DNA of 56,777 bases, taken from contig JAVECL010000088.1 of the NCBI GenBank assembly GCA_051942245.1, positions 1-56,777 on the forward strand, written 5' to 3'. The notes below the pieces were generated by a model. That model was not told the DNA's origin, searched no databases, and saw only the letters and a program-made list of their open reading frames with translations. The first letter of the stretch is position 1, and every line of letters starts with the position of its first letter. Positions 23,504 to 36,811 of the stretch are shown here, one piece after another. The position numbers were made by a program, and so were the translations under genes. The DNA comes from Trypethelium eluteriae. Its lineage: Eukaryota.

Positions 23504-25705
23504 ATGGATAAGAAAAGTCATTCTACCCTGAATACAGTCGCAGACGACCAGACTACAGTAGCTACCACGCCGAATGCACTAAGTCTTGATGAAGAACATG
23601 ACGTGAAAGCAAACGATCTGGGTGACGTCGAGAAAGAGTCCATTGCCGAATCTCGTAAAGAAGCAAATGCAAAAGAGACAAAATATGAGGGAGAGGAGCT
23701 GGAGCGGGTGCAAAGCTCGCCATACCCCGGCCCTATTAAATTGCTTCTTGTTTCGGTGTCTGTCTGTTTAGCAGTTTTCCTGGTATGTCTCAAACAAGAC
23801 CACGTATGAGGCCATGAACCACGCTCATGAGAATTCTCACAGGTCGCGCTAGATATGACGATCGTGGCCACTGCAATACCACAAATCACTGATGAGTTCC
23901 ACAGCCTGACCCAAGTTGGCTGGTACGGCTCTGGCTTCTTCTTGACCTTGGCCTCCTTTCAATCAACCTGGGGAAAGGGGTATAAGTACTGGCCTCTCAA
24001 GCACGTCTTCCTATTCTCCATATTCTGGTTTGAGATTGGAAGCTTGATATGCGGTAAGCCATATTTCCATCGGATTCCCTTGCACCCCTGTCCGCCTTGC
24101 CGGCTCCGGAACGCGCTATGTAAGTCTTGCCTGCTGATTATCTGTGTCTGTGTAGCTGTCGCTCAGAATAGCACGACCCTTATCGTAGGAAGAGCCATTG
24201 CTGGAATGGGTGGTGCTGGTATCTCGTCTGGTATGCTCCGAATCCGAACCGCGAATTAGGGATCAGAGCTAAGCAGTCCACAGGCGCATATACCATCATA
24301 GCTCTGAGTGTACCGCCTCAGAGGCAGCCGGCATTCACGGGTATTTTAGGAGCAGGTATGGGGAAGCCTCCATTGTCTGTGAAGAAACCAAAAGGTCACT
24401 AACCCCAGGTCGCAGTGTTCTCTATCGCTGCAGTTGTCGGTCCTCTTCTTGGCGGCGTTTTCACGACTGATGCTTCCTGGAGATGGTGTTTCTACATAAA
24501 CTTGCCGATTGGTGGTCTGTCCGCCGGCCTGATCCTATTCTTCTTCCAGACGCCGAAACAGTCCAAGCCTGTTGCAGCCGAGCTCAAAGAGAAAATCCTA
24601 CAACTCGATCTTCCTGGATCGTTCGTCTTCATGGGTGCTGTTGTATGCTTCCTCCTGGCGCTTCAATGGGGTGGTGCAACAAAAGCCTGGGGAAACTCTG
24701 ATGTAGTCGGCACTCTTGTTGGAGGATTTGTTATCTTCATCCTCTTCGTCGCTATTGAAGTGTACCAAAATGAAAGGGCTCTTCTTGTTCGACGGTTACT
24801 GACCAACAAGACCATTGCGTTCGCGTGCATCTTCCAGCTCTTCAATTCTGGCGCCTTCATGGTCGATCTGTATTTCTTGCCCGAATATTTCCAGTCGGTC
24901 TCTGGTGTCACGGCTGCTCAGTCTGGTGTTCGTAACCTGCCTTTTATCCTGGCACTTTGTAAGTGTAGCCTATCATGATCCTTTTCTCCACTCCGTCGCT
25001 GACACAAAATCTAAGCAATTTTAACGATCGTATCTGGTGGCGCGATTACAGCTACGGGTCACTACATTCCAGTAATGATCATTGGAGCTATCATTTCGAC
25101 AGTGGGCACGGGAATGATCTACACTCTTGGTAAGTCGATTGCCATGCATCAATATTTGTTATCTAAGATGCTCATTGGTTCATGTCCAGATGTTGGCTCG
25201 GGTAGCAGCGAATGGATCGGTTACCAGGCCCTAGCTGGAATTGGAATCGGTATTGCCATCCAAGGTACGATTAACCTACCTCGTGATATTCGAATTCCTT
25301 GTTAATGTAAAATCTCCAGTCCCCATTATCGTTGCACAGGGCGTCGTTGAGCCAACGGATCTCTCATCTGCCACCGCGATGCTCCTCTTCTTCCAAACCT
25401 TAGCTGGCGCCATCTTCATCTCCATTGCTCAGACCATCTTCTCTAACGAACTCGTCAAGGCTGTTGCACACAATGTTCCGTCAGTCAATGCCGGCCAGGT
25501 TGTTTTGACTGGCGCAACGGACATAAGAAGTGCATACCCAGCGGATGTCGTACCGGCAATCATCCAAAGCTTCATGGACGCCTTGAAGAACACCTATATC
25601 TTAGCTATTGCGTGCGCCGGATTGTCTGCTGTAACAGCGTTTGCTATCGCTGTTTTCGACTGGAGGACACTGAAGGGTCAGAAGGTCGAAGGGGCTGCTA
25701 TGTAA
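23504..25705 (+). CDS. MFS drug/toxin efflux pump, 14-TMS DHA2 type (GliA/AflT-like)
   Basis: [72 protein letters not shown]; multiple introns. Confidence 0.93.
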
Positions 25706-26157
25706 AACGTCATTTTCCTGTAAGACCATTTACGATAGAATTGTAATGATAGAATATGTCTCTTCTCATCATTTCCCTGTCCGAACAGTCACGACGGGAT
25801 AGTTAAGTAATTAACTTTTTTTTAGAATTATCTCGCAGCTCATTTATCGTTGGGTATATCGGAAATGCCCTTCGTCCGTACTGCGGCACTTCAATTACAA
25901 TACCAGGACAAAAGTGTTCGGGGAACCCCTAGCCAGAACTTTTCCCGCACCAGCGAGGGGACTCTTTTTTTTCGCATGACTGTAAATGGAGGTAGAGTGT
26001 ACGGGAATATGCACTGAAGAAGGGAAGTCACATTCTTTACATGCTCAATTCGCAAAATAAGATTGCGTCAATCTTACACCAGGGTTGTATCATTGCGACT
26101 TCTCCTGATCACATCATCACAAGACAGTAGAAGAGGCTGACGTTTGATACTGTGAGA

Positions 26158-27207
26158 CTATCTACTGATACCAAGGAACTGCGCAATCTGCTGCTTTATA
26201 AACTCGTTATCCTCCTTCGTTCCGCCTCCACCTCCAGCTAAATGACCCCAAATACTCGGGATAACTACAAACTTTCCATCCTTCAAATGCTTCACCTCCT
26301 CCTCATTATCCTCCGGCGGGAAATACGCATCCGTCCGACTCGGCAACAGCAGCATCCTCGCCTTGATCCTCCCCAACGCCTTTCCCAAATCGCCGCCATC
26401 CTCCTCATGATACACGCCAATATCGCCGTTCTGCCAGGTCCATAGCATACATAACAAATCATTCGCATCGAACTGAAAATCATCCCACCGATCCCTCAAA
26501 TACTCCTCCAGACTCCCAAACCCCACCTGTTCCCAGCACCGCTCCCGAAACCACGCCTGACTGAGCGCCCACGCGCTGTACACCCGACCAAACGCCCTGA
26601 CCCCCTTCTTGGCCGGCGCCTCGTACTCGCCATCGCGGAAATCGGCGGCGCTGGTCAGCGCCGCTTTGGGGCCTTCGAGGAAACACCAGTTGTGCCAGCT
26701 AGTGCGAGCGGATCCGGCGAGGCAGACGGCGTGGGTCGCGAAGTCGGGGAACAGCGCGCTCATGTGGTAGGCCTGCTGGCCGCCCATGGAGAAGCCGATG
26801 TAGGCGTGTAGATGGGTGACGCCGAGGTGCTGGGTGCAGAGGGCGTGCTGGAGGCGGATGTTGTCTTCGTAGGTGGTGTGTGGGAAGTTGGTGCCGTGGT
26901 GGGGAGAGGTGTTGGACGGGGAGGAAGATTCGGAGCCGCCGAGGAGGCCGACGACAATGATGAAGTACTTGGTAGTGGGGAAGATGGGAGGTGAGGAAGT
27001 GGGGGTAGCAGCGGAGGGGTTGTACAGGAAGGGGAGGGTGGTAGCAAGAGTTCCCCCATAGCAAGTGGGGAGGAGGATGGCGGGATTGGATGGGTCGCCA
27101 AAGGTCCAGTATGCCAGTTTCGCGGCGAAGGTGGTGGAGGGTGGATGAGATTTTGCGCTTAATTTGAGATCGTGATGGAAATACTTTGTTTCTTGAGGCT
27201 CTGCCAT
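26158..27207 (-). CDS. Homoserine O-acetyltransferase-like (MetX family) alpha/beta hydrolase
   Basis: LAYWTFG, ESSSPSN, YEDNIRLQH, nucleophile GFSMGG, acid RTDAYFPP, base WGHLAGG; intronless, 349 aa. Confidence 0.85.
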   Translation of the reverse strand: MAEPQETKYFHHDLKLSAKSHPPSTTFAAKLAYWTFGDPSNPAILLPTCYGGTLATTLPFLYNPSAATPTSSPPIFPTTKYFIIVVGLLGGSESSSPSNTSPHHGTNFPHTTYEDNIRLQHALCTQHLGVTHLHAYIGFSMGGQQAYHMSALFPDFATHAVCLAGSARTSWHNWCFLEGPKAALTSAADFRDGEYEAPAKKGVRAFGRVYSAWALSQAWFRERCWEQVGFGSLEEYLRDRWDDFQFDANDLLCMLWTWQNGDIGVYHEEDGGDLGKALGRIKARMLLLPSRTDAYFPPEDNEEEVKHLKDGKFVVIPSIWGHLAGGGGGTKEDNEFIKQQIAQFLGISR

Positions 27208-27787
27208 TTTAGAGGAGAATCTGAAAAATTGAAATTGAAGGGAAAAAAGTGGAAGCTTGGGTGTCTAGATCTTAAGCACCTTAACGATGATGTAGTTCTG
27301 AAAAAGTTATTTTGAGACGAAAAGGGAAGGTGGGTGGGAGATATGAGGGGTACTCCGTACCAGACGACTTAATGTCATTGGTTTCCAACAAGGAGGTAAA
27401 AAGACGATTGAAGTCAAAGAAACGTTAAAAGTAGAACCTGCTAGAAATCTATCGTTGGTGTTTGTACCGATGGATTCGCGGGGGCGAATTAGGCTAATGC
27501 AGTCTCAATCGTTTTGTCGAATATGTCTGGAGGGTACGGTAATGCAAAAGACAGCATTCCACGTGTACGGCGTTATAGCGAGAATTACTAAGATTGCCCA
27601 TGGATATCGAAGATTATTTCGTTAGTTGAGCGAGCATCTCTGCTAAACGTTATGATCCCTTGCAATCGTGCCTTTCGCCAGATCCGGTCTAAGCTCTATG
27701 ATATCTCCAAACTTCGAAACTTTTTCGCGGAGGAATAAACGCTAAACCAATTATTCAGTACGAACACCTTGCCAGATATTTGTTCGC

Positions 27788-28919
27788 TTAAGCCGTCCTT
27801 GAATTCTCGATCTTCGTGACAAGAATATCGCTGGCACCTGCTTCAGTCAGTTCATCCATGACCAGTGCTATCCTCTTCCGTTCAACCATGGTCTGAATTG
27901 CAACCCAGCCAGCCTCTTCAAGTGCGGTGACGGTGGGCGCGCGTTTGCCAGGTGTGATCTTGCACGCAGCCTCTAATTTTGGTCGCTCGATGTTGTATGT
28001 ACAAAGTACGTATTTTTGTGCATCTAGTCGGCGGTTAGGATTCTTCATGGACGAACAGAACATGTCACTCACTGATGACTCCTCTTATTCTTGCAGCGAT
28101 GAGGTCAATAAGACTTGGATTCGAAACATGTTTGGATTTAATGAGAACCGCCGTGCTTTCAATGACCGTTGAAATTGCTTTTAACCCTGCAACTCGCATC
28201 GTCTCTCCAGATTCCACGAGATCAAGGATACCGTCCGCAACACCAAGCGCGCAGGCGGTTTCCACAGAACCGCCAAGATTGACGATGGATGTCTTCAAGG
28301 CAGACTTGCCATCATCGTTATCAGTCGGGTCCTGTTTTAGGGCGTTTTCAAGATCTCTAAAGTATTTCTCGGCTAGGTTCACGAAACTTGTAGCCACGGT
28401 TTTACCAACAAGTTGTTCTGGGCTGGTAATGATTCCTCTTTCTGGTACCTGGACCTGAAGTTTACATCTTCCAAAATCTAGGTCCATCATTTCCACAACA
28501 CCAGTCGTATCCGTCGGTGGCATTTCCGTTTCATGTTCGGCTACCTGATCTCGTCCGGTTATGCCTAGGTCAACTCTCCCTTGTCCCACGAAAACGGGAA
28601 TGTCGGATGCTGGCAGAAAGACGAGGGCGAGTGGGTGGTTCTTAACTAGCGCAATATCGAGGCGGTTATGGCGATGGAATTGGATATCAGAGCCAGCGAG
28701 AAGGTTCAATGCCGATTCATTCAGGCGACCCTCTGCGCAAGATTAGTTTCTCGGACGGCGACCCTCTGTTTTCGGCGATCGTACTTTTCGGCACAGCGAA
28801 CAATAAGCGGTCGTTCAAACTAGCGAGCTCGTCAATCAGACAAAATGACTCCCGACGTCCAGCCATCATAATTGCGACAAAGGGTTCTAAGAACTTGCGT
28901 ACTGGCTGACAAGATCCAT
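27788..28919 (-). CDS. HIS1: ATP phosphoribosyltransferase
   Basis: MDLVSQ|LNDRLLFAVPK|GRL..., PASDIPVFVGQGRVDLGITG, GSVETACALGVADGILDLVESGETM, ITPGKRAPTV; three introns. Confidence 0.96.
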
Positions 28920-29501
28920 TCTGAAGCGATCCGTAAGGTCCCCAGAGTACTGGCCTGCGCAGCTAGTCACACCCTAGCTCGATGAGAACGACGGTATGAA
29001 CTGTAGTTTCACGTCCAGCGCAGCGCTTGATCAGCAAAGCGGCAGATGGGATTGGACAAGCATATGCTGGAGGGAATAGCGACACAATCAACCCAAACTT
29101 CACGTGGGGCACGGTGGGGTTTCTGATGCGCGATGTTTTTTCGGTCACTTTTGAGACATGACACTAGAGGACGAAGCGTCGAATGAGCTTTCTAGTCCTG
29201 GCCACGCAATTGATGCCTCTGCAGGACAGGGAGTAGCAAACAGGGTTGGATGGATGTTGTGAAGGAAATTGTAACACTTCTTTGGCACTTTATCATTGGC
29301 CAATGAACTCGCTTGAGTCCCTTGCTCTCGCTTGAACCTTTAGCCGCGCGGCACACCATCTTTATCGATAACCTTCTCGCACCGCACCATCACATTGGGA
29401 ATCGTCATCTTTGCAGTCAGTCCATCTCGTCGCGGCAACTCGAACAAACAACAAGCGAAGTCGGTCAACTCAAGGTCTTCCAAGAATTCGATTCGATCAG
29501 T

Positions 29502-29833
29502 ATGGATTCCGCCAAGGTTCCCGTCAAGCTCGTCAAAGTCACCCGTGTTCTGGGAAGAACAGGTACACTCTCTATTATCGAGGGAAGGGGATACAACTAA
29601 CAATGCTCAGGCTCCCGTGGAGGTGTCACTCAGGTCCGCGTCGAATTCATGGATGATACCACGCGAAGCATCATTCGCAATGTTAAGGGTCCAGGTGAAT
29701 CTTCCTCATCTTATTCAAGGGCCTAGCCGGTACCGTCGATCAAAGAGTGTGCTGACAGTGTCTCTAAATAGTTCGCGAAAACGATATCCTATGCTTGCTC
29801 GAATCCGAACGCGAGGCTAGGAGGCTAAGATGA
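29502..29833 (+). CDS. RPS28: 40S ribosomal protein eS28
   Basis: [68 protein letters not shown]; two introns. Confidence 0.97.
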
Positions 29834-30717
29834 TCATGGCTAGGGGGAGTGGATGCTTTGAAACTATGCATGGGGAATGCCATGGGACTATTATGCATAC
29901 TTGGTCAAGGCGAATTGAGGATTTCTTATACAACGTCGTATGCTTCAAGAGCTATAAGTGAGAATTCATGACATTGTTGAGCCACCACTCGATCGTCAAC
30001 AGGAAAAATATTCACCGCAGGCAGCCCGGAAGGCGGCAGGGAGCCCGAAAGACGGCCGGTATTGTCTTGCATGCACTCCCAAACGTAATTCCATGGTTCT
30101 AATTTTCCCACATCTTCATTCGCTTTCCTCTCGAACTTCTCAAGCCTCGCTTCAGTCGTGAATATGCGCCGGATCCATTTCTGAGTCCACTAAGCTTTCT
30201 TGTACATCTTGAGGAGTTATCCATGCTTATACAACTTGGCTACTTCTAGGGCAGAGTACTTTCTACAGACTTACAGTACTGGGACAGAAGTGTCCGAGCA
30301 ACCCTCAGCAATTCTCCCACGCCAGCGGGCGGAGACTTTTTTCGCACGACTGTATTATCAAAATACGTAGAAACGTATAAGAGAGAGCTCCTCTGCCAAG
30401 TCACTATAATTACAAGCGCCCGTTTGACATGCTCAATGACGATAGTCCACGACAGTCTCCCTGTCTCAATCACCGGTAATTTCGAGAATGTAATGGTGTT
30501 GCAATAATTTTCCGCTTGGTGACTTTGGTCGATTTAGTGGATAGGTGCACGGTCCACTACCTACCCACATCCACACATCCGTGAGGCGCATCATCTTGCC
30601 GCCGCATCCCTCTACTTCAAAGTCCACACCTCTAGTCGAAAGTGACGGCCCAGAACAGCTTTGCAGCGCAAGTTTCCAAACGCCCTCCATGCAAACCAAA
30701 TCTACTCTTCATCCTTC

Positions 30718-33700
30718 ATGCGGCTGTACGTGGAGGTTCTGCCGTTGCGGCAGGGCCCGACATCATGGATTCCACCACACGCGACCGACTTCAGTCGATC
30801 CCAGGCTACCATTAAGATGGTTATGGCTTTCGCGCCAGAACAGTCCTTTTCAGAAGTTTGGCACTTGATTGCGCATCGCTATGCCACTAATTATCTGCAT
30901 ACAACACAACAGGGGTGGGTTCTACTGGCAATTACACATGCCCGGTCCTCGGTTTGGTAACATTGAGAATAGAGCCTTTACAATAGGAAAGCTGCAAGAT
31001 GCACGTGGAGGAGATCTCGATCTCTCAGATACAATTGGAGCAATCTTTGAAGAAGAGATCGATCCCCAAATGCGGTGTATCAGGGTCATACAGGCCCTAC
31101 CCGATAGTCAATTGTCACTTCCGCCGACTTCAAACCTTCGACCAGCCCCCTTTCAGAAGCGCCTTCTACCTCAAGCTGGTCGTAAGTCCATGAAGCGACA
31201 GCGAATAGGTGATCATATTATGGAGCGTATGTTGGAGCCTACCCACCCTGATCAACCTATCCTTTCGTTCGAAATCGACGAACATGCTGCTACAAATGTT
31301 CATGTTCCGAAGAACTCGATGCAGCCTCCACCCTATGGGACTCGTCACCTTGTCGGAATTCAAGCGAGGGACTCATTCCAGAAAACTCGGTCATCCGCAC
31401 CTCCAGCTTGGCGAACCGATCGTACTTCATCCAAGGCAAGAAATTCCCACTTGGCAAGAAACGGACTAATGGAAATACCTGAGGGTTATACGAATGCTGT
31501 GACTTTGGGAGCTGGATATCAATCCAGCGTATCGCAGAGCTCCCAAGACCATGATCAGGTATCCCGGACTGGCATGTCGTCCGAAAATGGGGATAAAAAA
31601 TCCGAGACTGAGACCGGAATGACATCGGTAGATTCGCACCGTCCTGAAGACTATGCCGATCCGAATGATAGTACTGATCCTGAAGGCGTAAAAGCCTTTT
31701 CAAACACTCGCAATTCATCTCGTGCCTCTATACATAAACATGAGAAAGCATCTAATGCCACGCAGCCTGAATTGGGACATCGAACGGGCAAGCCATATGG
31801 AGAGGATGCTAATTTGGACCTCAACTCGGCAGTCGTTGGTGCTTCATCTAAAAATTCTACTGCAAAAGACAGGGAATCACCAGCAGCCACCAAATCCCAA
31901 GAGTCAAAGCATGTTCAGAACCAAAGAAGTCTGGAAAATTCTGCGTCATCCCTACACATGGTAGATCAATTACCGGGTAAAGGAAAGGGTAGTTCTCTCA
32001 CAATGCACGAGAATGGTAATGTTCGGAAAGGGACAGAAGAAGCCCAAAAAGAGAGACATCAACTAGCTATGGGTAATAGAGAATCCAAGTCACGCAAAAT
32101 TGCACGATATGTGTCACGGACGCCTACGCAAGCATCTCCATCCGTTGCCGAGACCGTCGAAAAAGACAGCGAGGACGAAGGGGAGGAGGAGGAGGAGGAG
32201 GAGGAGAGTGAAGAGGAGGAAAGCGATGCGGAGAATGAAGGTGAGCGAGAGAAGAAGGAAGAAGAAGAAGGCCAGGATAGTGAGGATGATGACAAAAGCG
32301 AGGCAGAGGCAGAGACCGAGTTGATCACAAATCCAAATTCAGGCACGCTTCCCGTACAGAAAAATGGAAGGGAACCATATGATGAGTCAGATCAGCAGCA
32401 AAAAGCAAGCATGGTAGACGACCGTCAGCTCGATAGGCATGCTACAGGGGCAACAGTCGAAAGCCGAGCAGTCAATCAAGAACCCTTGCACAATAGTAAT
32501 TCAAATCGAACGCCACTGTCTCCCCCGCCAACGCAAGTGAATCATAATAGCTTAGGATCTCCAATCACCCAACAGGAAGAATCTCATCCTTTGGCAGACA
32601 CTTCAATGCATGATGTCGAAATGACAGACGCCAAGGCTGATTTGAAACAGTCAAAAAATCGCAATTCATCAGAACAAGAGTTGGGAGATTCTGGTAGCGA
32701 AGAGGATCTAGAAGAGGACAGCAACGAAGAAGAGGAAGAGCAACATTCGGATGCTGCAGAGCAAACGACAAAAGCCCATGTGAACTCAGGAGAAAATCCT
32801 GGGACCGAAGCCACCAAGGAAATCCCGACCGAGGCGAAAGCTGGAGCAGATGATGAATCCGAGGCAGAAAGCAGGGATGAATCAGAAAACGACGAAGATG
32901 AAGACAGGGAAGAGGGTAAAGGACGTAATGAGGATGGGGAACGTAATGGTGATCGCGCCGTGACGAATGCGAAGACAAGCGCAGAGCAGACCCAAAGAAG
33001 TGCAGAAGAGAAAGCCACAGGAGAACCCGTAGTGGACAGCAACTCACTCAGTAGCGATAGCAAGGAGGACGAAATCACAGTCGTACCACTTCAAAGTACC
33101 GTCGCTACTGGATCGAAGTATTCCCAGGACTCAGACAAAGAAGGCAAAGGGGGAAATGAAGATGGTGAGGATGAAAACGAAGGGAGTGGAGAAGAAGATA
33201 ACGACGAAAAGAAGGAGGGAAAAGAACCCAATTCAAAAGCGGCCAAGACTGAGTCTGGACCTGCGACAGCCCAGAGACAAGAGCGACAATCTGAAGCGTC
33301 AGAAAATGTTACCGCACGATCAGAAACCGGTGGAGATTCCGATGAGCAATCGGCCGAAGAGTCTGCCGAAGAGTCCAGTGAGGAAGTCAAAGTGAACAAT
33401 CAAAGAGGGCGTTCAGAGACCACAGCGGATGATGATGACGAGGAAGAGGAAGAATCTGAAGAAAGCTTCGAAGAATCAGAGGACGACGATGAACCTCAAC
33501 CACAGTTGAATGGGAGCAAAGCAAATCAGTCATCATCGTCCTTGCCAACAAGATCAACTCCGACCTCCAATCAAGGCTCCCTTGCCCTCAAAGCACCTCA
33601 GACACCCAACGCACCTTCATCACAACGCCCTCAAAGCAGGCGATTTCCAAGTCTTGCTGAAGTAAAGGCGGAGCAAGAGGCATCTTCGCAACGTCGTGAG

Positions 33701-33907
33701 TCCCTTGCCAGATCTACAGCTTCTCAGGTCAATGCGACAGCAGAGGAGAGTGATAGCGAGGAATCGAGTTCCGATAGTGAGGAGGATGACGACGACGACG
33801 ATGATGATGATGACGACGATGAACGGCCGAAACGTAAGACGAGGAAGGCACCCCGTCTCGATGCATTAATGAAATATAATAAGAAAATGTCTCAGAGGAA
33901 ACGGTGA
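30718..33907 (+). CDS. Acidic low-complexity protein with N-terminal Net1/Dnt1-like (Cdc14-binding N-terminus) domain
   Basis: ATG 30718 (MRLYVEVLP); intron 30915-30972 joins to the 1012-aa ORF. IGKLQDARGGDLDLSDTIGAIF resembles the KLQD-x-G-DLD motif of that family. Long D/E tracts and a basic C-terminus. Confidence 0.65.
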
Positions 33908-34320
33908 TCTTTTTGTTAAAACGATTCTTCTGATTAAGATACCCCATTTGAGCTGCTTCACAATTGCTTCCAGTGGTGGAGATTTGTTGCTCGCAGACAG
34001 GAGATATAATTGTGCATAAACGACAATATTCGATTCAATCAAAACTTGAATTGCTCTACTACAACCGAGTTCTTAAAAAGGTACAATATTGCCCTATTAG
34101 CAGGCATAATCTCTTGAGTACCGCGTCTTATCATAGTAAATTGATATAATTGATTAGACGAAAGGAACTTCACGGTATGTCAGGGATCATGTTCTAAGCT
34201 GTGATTGCAACCACTCTTGTTGCAATGAGCTGGTTCAATGGCTTGAGAGGTATTACTCGAGTATTCTTTTCTTATTTAATGGCTGAACCTATTTACGGTT
34301 CGACATTCATTGGCTGGAAA

Positions 34321-35613
34321 TTACAGATTCCATACCACGACTCTGCCATCGACGCCGCTCGCTACATCATGGTTAGTTAATGCTCTTGCTGTTCTGATAA
34401 GTCATCAACTTACTGCTGAATTTGCTAACGTGAGCACCACTTTCCTGGAAACTTCTTGCAGTACTGATGGTATTTTGGTGTACCGTTGGCAATTGGGTAT
34501 CATCCTTGGTTTTACCTTTTAGATCCATTTGTCTGAACTTGTTCAACGCCGATTCTTCCCTCTCCTGAGGCATGCCTGGCCTTCTTTTGCCCTCCACTGA
34601 ACCTGTTAGCTGCCACCCATTCGAGTCCCCTTGTAATCTATACGCCTCGCAGTCCTACGAATTGTTAGCAATTTGTCCTCAACTCCCATGGCAACCCACT
34701 CACATATCCCGCAGCCACAATCTCCGACTCACTAACCCACACCAAACTCGTAAACGGCAATAACTGCGTACTCACACTCACCACCGCTTTCGGCGGCTGC
34801 TCCGGCCCCGTCGGATACACCACCGTGACGCTACTATCATGGCTCACAAACGCCATCGCATCCCCAGACGGACTAAACCCGACTCCATGCACCCATCCAG
34901 CGGTGCGATTCAAAAACTCGCCACACACCGTCCCAAACGGCAGCCTCTCGCCCCAGACACTCGGCTCAGGCCTCTCATCCGTCCCCTTCACGAAGCTGCT
35001 CAGCACGCGGGCATGCCCATCCGTCGCGCCGCACCCGAGCAGCACGCCATTCGGATGCCAGGCCACCGCGGTGACGGTGCTGCGGATCGGTCGCTTCAGG
35101 TGCTTCGACACCCACCAGTCGTTTTCGGCCTCGAAGCTGCAGATGGCAACGGCGCGCGCGCCGGACCCGACGGCGAATTTGGTTTCGCCGGGAGACCACC
35201 GGACGCAGGTGGCGGCGCGGTTGAGGCGGAGGAGGACGAGCGTCGGTTTCCAGCCTGTTGGGGAGGGCTCCCATACGTAGGCGTTGCGGTCTGTGGAGGG
35301 TAGAGAGGAGAGTTAGAGAGGAGAGGGAGAGGGAGAGATAGAGAGGCGAGTGCCGTAGCTAGGGTAGATTGGAGGTGGGAATTGATGTACCTTGAGAGCA
35401 TGTGACGATCCTGCCGCTTTGTGAAGCGATGTCTACGCCTGTGACGGTCTTGTCGTGGCCTCGGAGTTCATCCTGGAGCTGGAAGCTATTGCCTGAGCGA
35501 CTGTAGAGCTCGACATTGTTGTCGCGAGCAACGGCGAGAGTCTTGCGGTCTGCCGAGAAGGAGTGATCGGCAATTGGGTTGTGGAAAAGGTGGTGTACTT
35601 CGTGTGAAGCCAT
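34321..35613 (-). CDS. ARC40: Arp2/3 complex subunit 1 (ARPC1/p41), WD40
   Basis: HLFHNPIADHSF, GHDKTVTGVDIA, VTCSQ|DRNAYVWE..WKPTLVLLRLNRAATCVRWSP, WWVSKHLKRPIRST, ESALNKFRQMDLKG, SGVDGRVVVWNL*. Confidence 0.95.
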
Positions 35614-35909
35614 GATGCGGCAATAGGAGGAGCTCTCTACTATTGCGCTTGGCTTTGCGAAGGTATGGTGGTTGATGACGCGCAAAGTGGCACAGTTGGT
35701 GAAGCGCTCGCGGAGAGAAGGCCGACGGAAAGTTCCGACGTCAACTTTCTTTGCACACCACGCGACCTGCCTGGCTGTTTGTATTCCATCTCGCGTGTAA
35801 ACTTCCAGACTCTGATTGCACGTTCTCATGCTTTAAAGCTTACGACATTCGAACTCCGAGCATATCCCTCCTTTGAAGGCGATTCACTATTAGCCGTCGA
35901 AATTCAAAC

Positions 35910-36629
35910 ATGGCGTCCGACGCGAGGAAAGCACACCCGAACTATCCACCCAACTCAACGTAGGCGTCGCATTTCCCTTGCAGATCGAGCAAAACTGATA
36001 ATGGATCCAGACTGTACTGTAGAAATCTTCCGGAGAAAATCCAGAAGGAAGAACTACGTCGATCTCTGTACATGTTGTTTTCAACGTATGGACATGTCAT
36101 TGACATCGTTGCTTTGAAGACCAGGAAGATGCGTGGACAAGCCCACGTTACGTTTCGCGATATCCAGGCCAGCACGACAGCAATGCGAGCTTTACAGGGG
36201 TTTAACTTCTTCGAAAAAGACCTGGTGCGTTTTCGAAATTGTGCTCCTCCTCCTACTACTAATGAAAGGACTATTCAACAGGAAATCTCATACGCGAAGG
36301 GCAAATCTCATGCCATAGCCAAGCTTGATGGTACATTCAAGATGCCGGAAGCTGGTGCAGCTGACGTCGCTACGTCCGAACTCCAGCAATCTATCTTCGA
36401 CGCTCCTCCATCCACCGCTCAAAAACCTGCTATAGCCCCCGCGCCTCCTGCTCCTGAAGGCTTGCCGCAAAAGCCAACGTTGATGCCCAATGGTGCCGAA
36501 GGACCCGTTGATACACCCAGTCCCCAAGGCGTCAAAAGGAGAAGGGAAGAAGAGAGCGAAGAAGAGAGCCAGCCAATGGAGGAGGACGATGACGAAGGCG
36601 AGGACATGGATGTATCAGATGAGGATTGA
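35910..36629 (+). CDS. MSL1: Single-RRM U1A/U2B''-family snRNP protein, most like U2B''
   Basis: [53 protein letters not shown]...ISYAKGKS; acidic tail, no second RRM; two introns. Confidence 0.85.
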
Positions 36630-36811
36630 TTCTTAAAATCACGACCAGACTAATGGACAGAATATTCATCAGAGGGAGCCCAAGTTTGGGGAAGAGGATT
36701 TCACTGACAACAGCCTGCCATCGGATTTTGCCGACCAATCTGCCGATCTGTCTGTTACTCTCGCGCATCGGCTTATAGTGAGATTTCCACATAGCCGAGG
36801 ATTTCACACTA

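Noticed and set aside
1302..25705. Gliotoxin/ETP cluster (GliK-like, GliA-like MFS, Zn2Cys6 TF)
   Set aside because: The genes are ~17-20 kb apart, separated by housekeeping genes, with no NRPS, GST, P450 or oxidoreductase.
28846..28976. TGACTC (Gcn4/CpcA-like) in HIS1 intron 1 and AGTCACA-CCCTA (Homol D/E-like) in the HIS1/RPS28 spacer
   Set aside because: Plausible context, but single imperfect 6-7-mers are expected by chance; needs conservation data.
32183..33821. (GAG)n and (GAC/GAT)n runs
   Set aside because: Simply encode the poly-Glu and poly-Asp tracts of the acidic protein.
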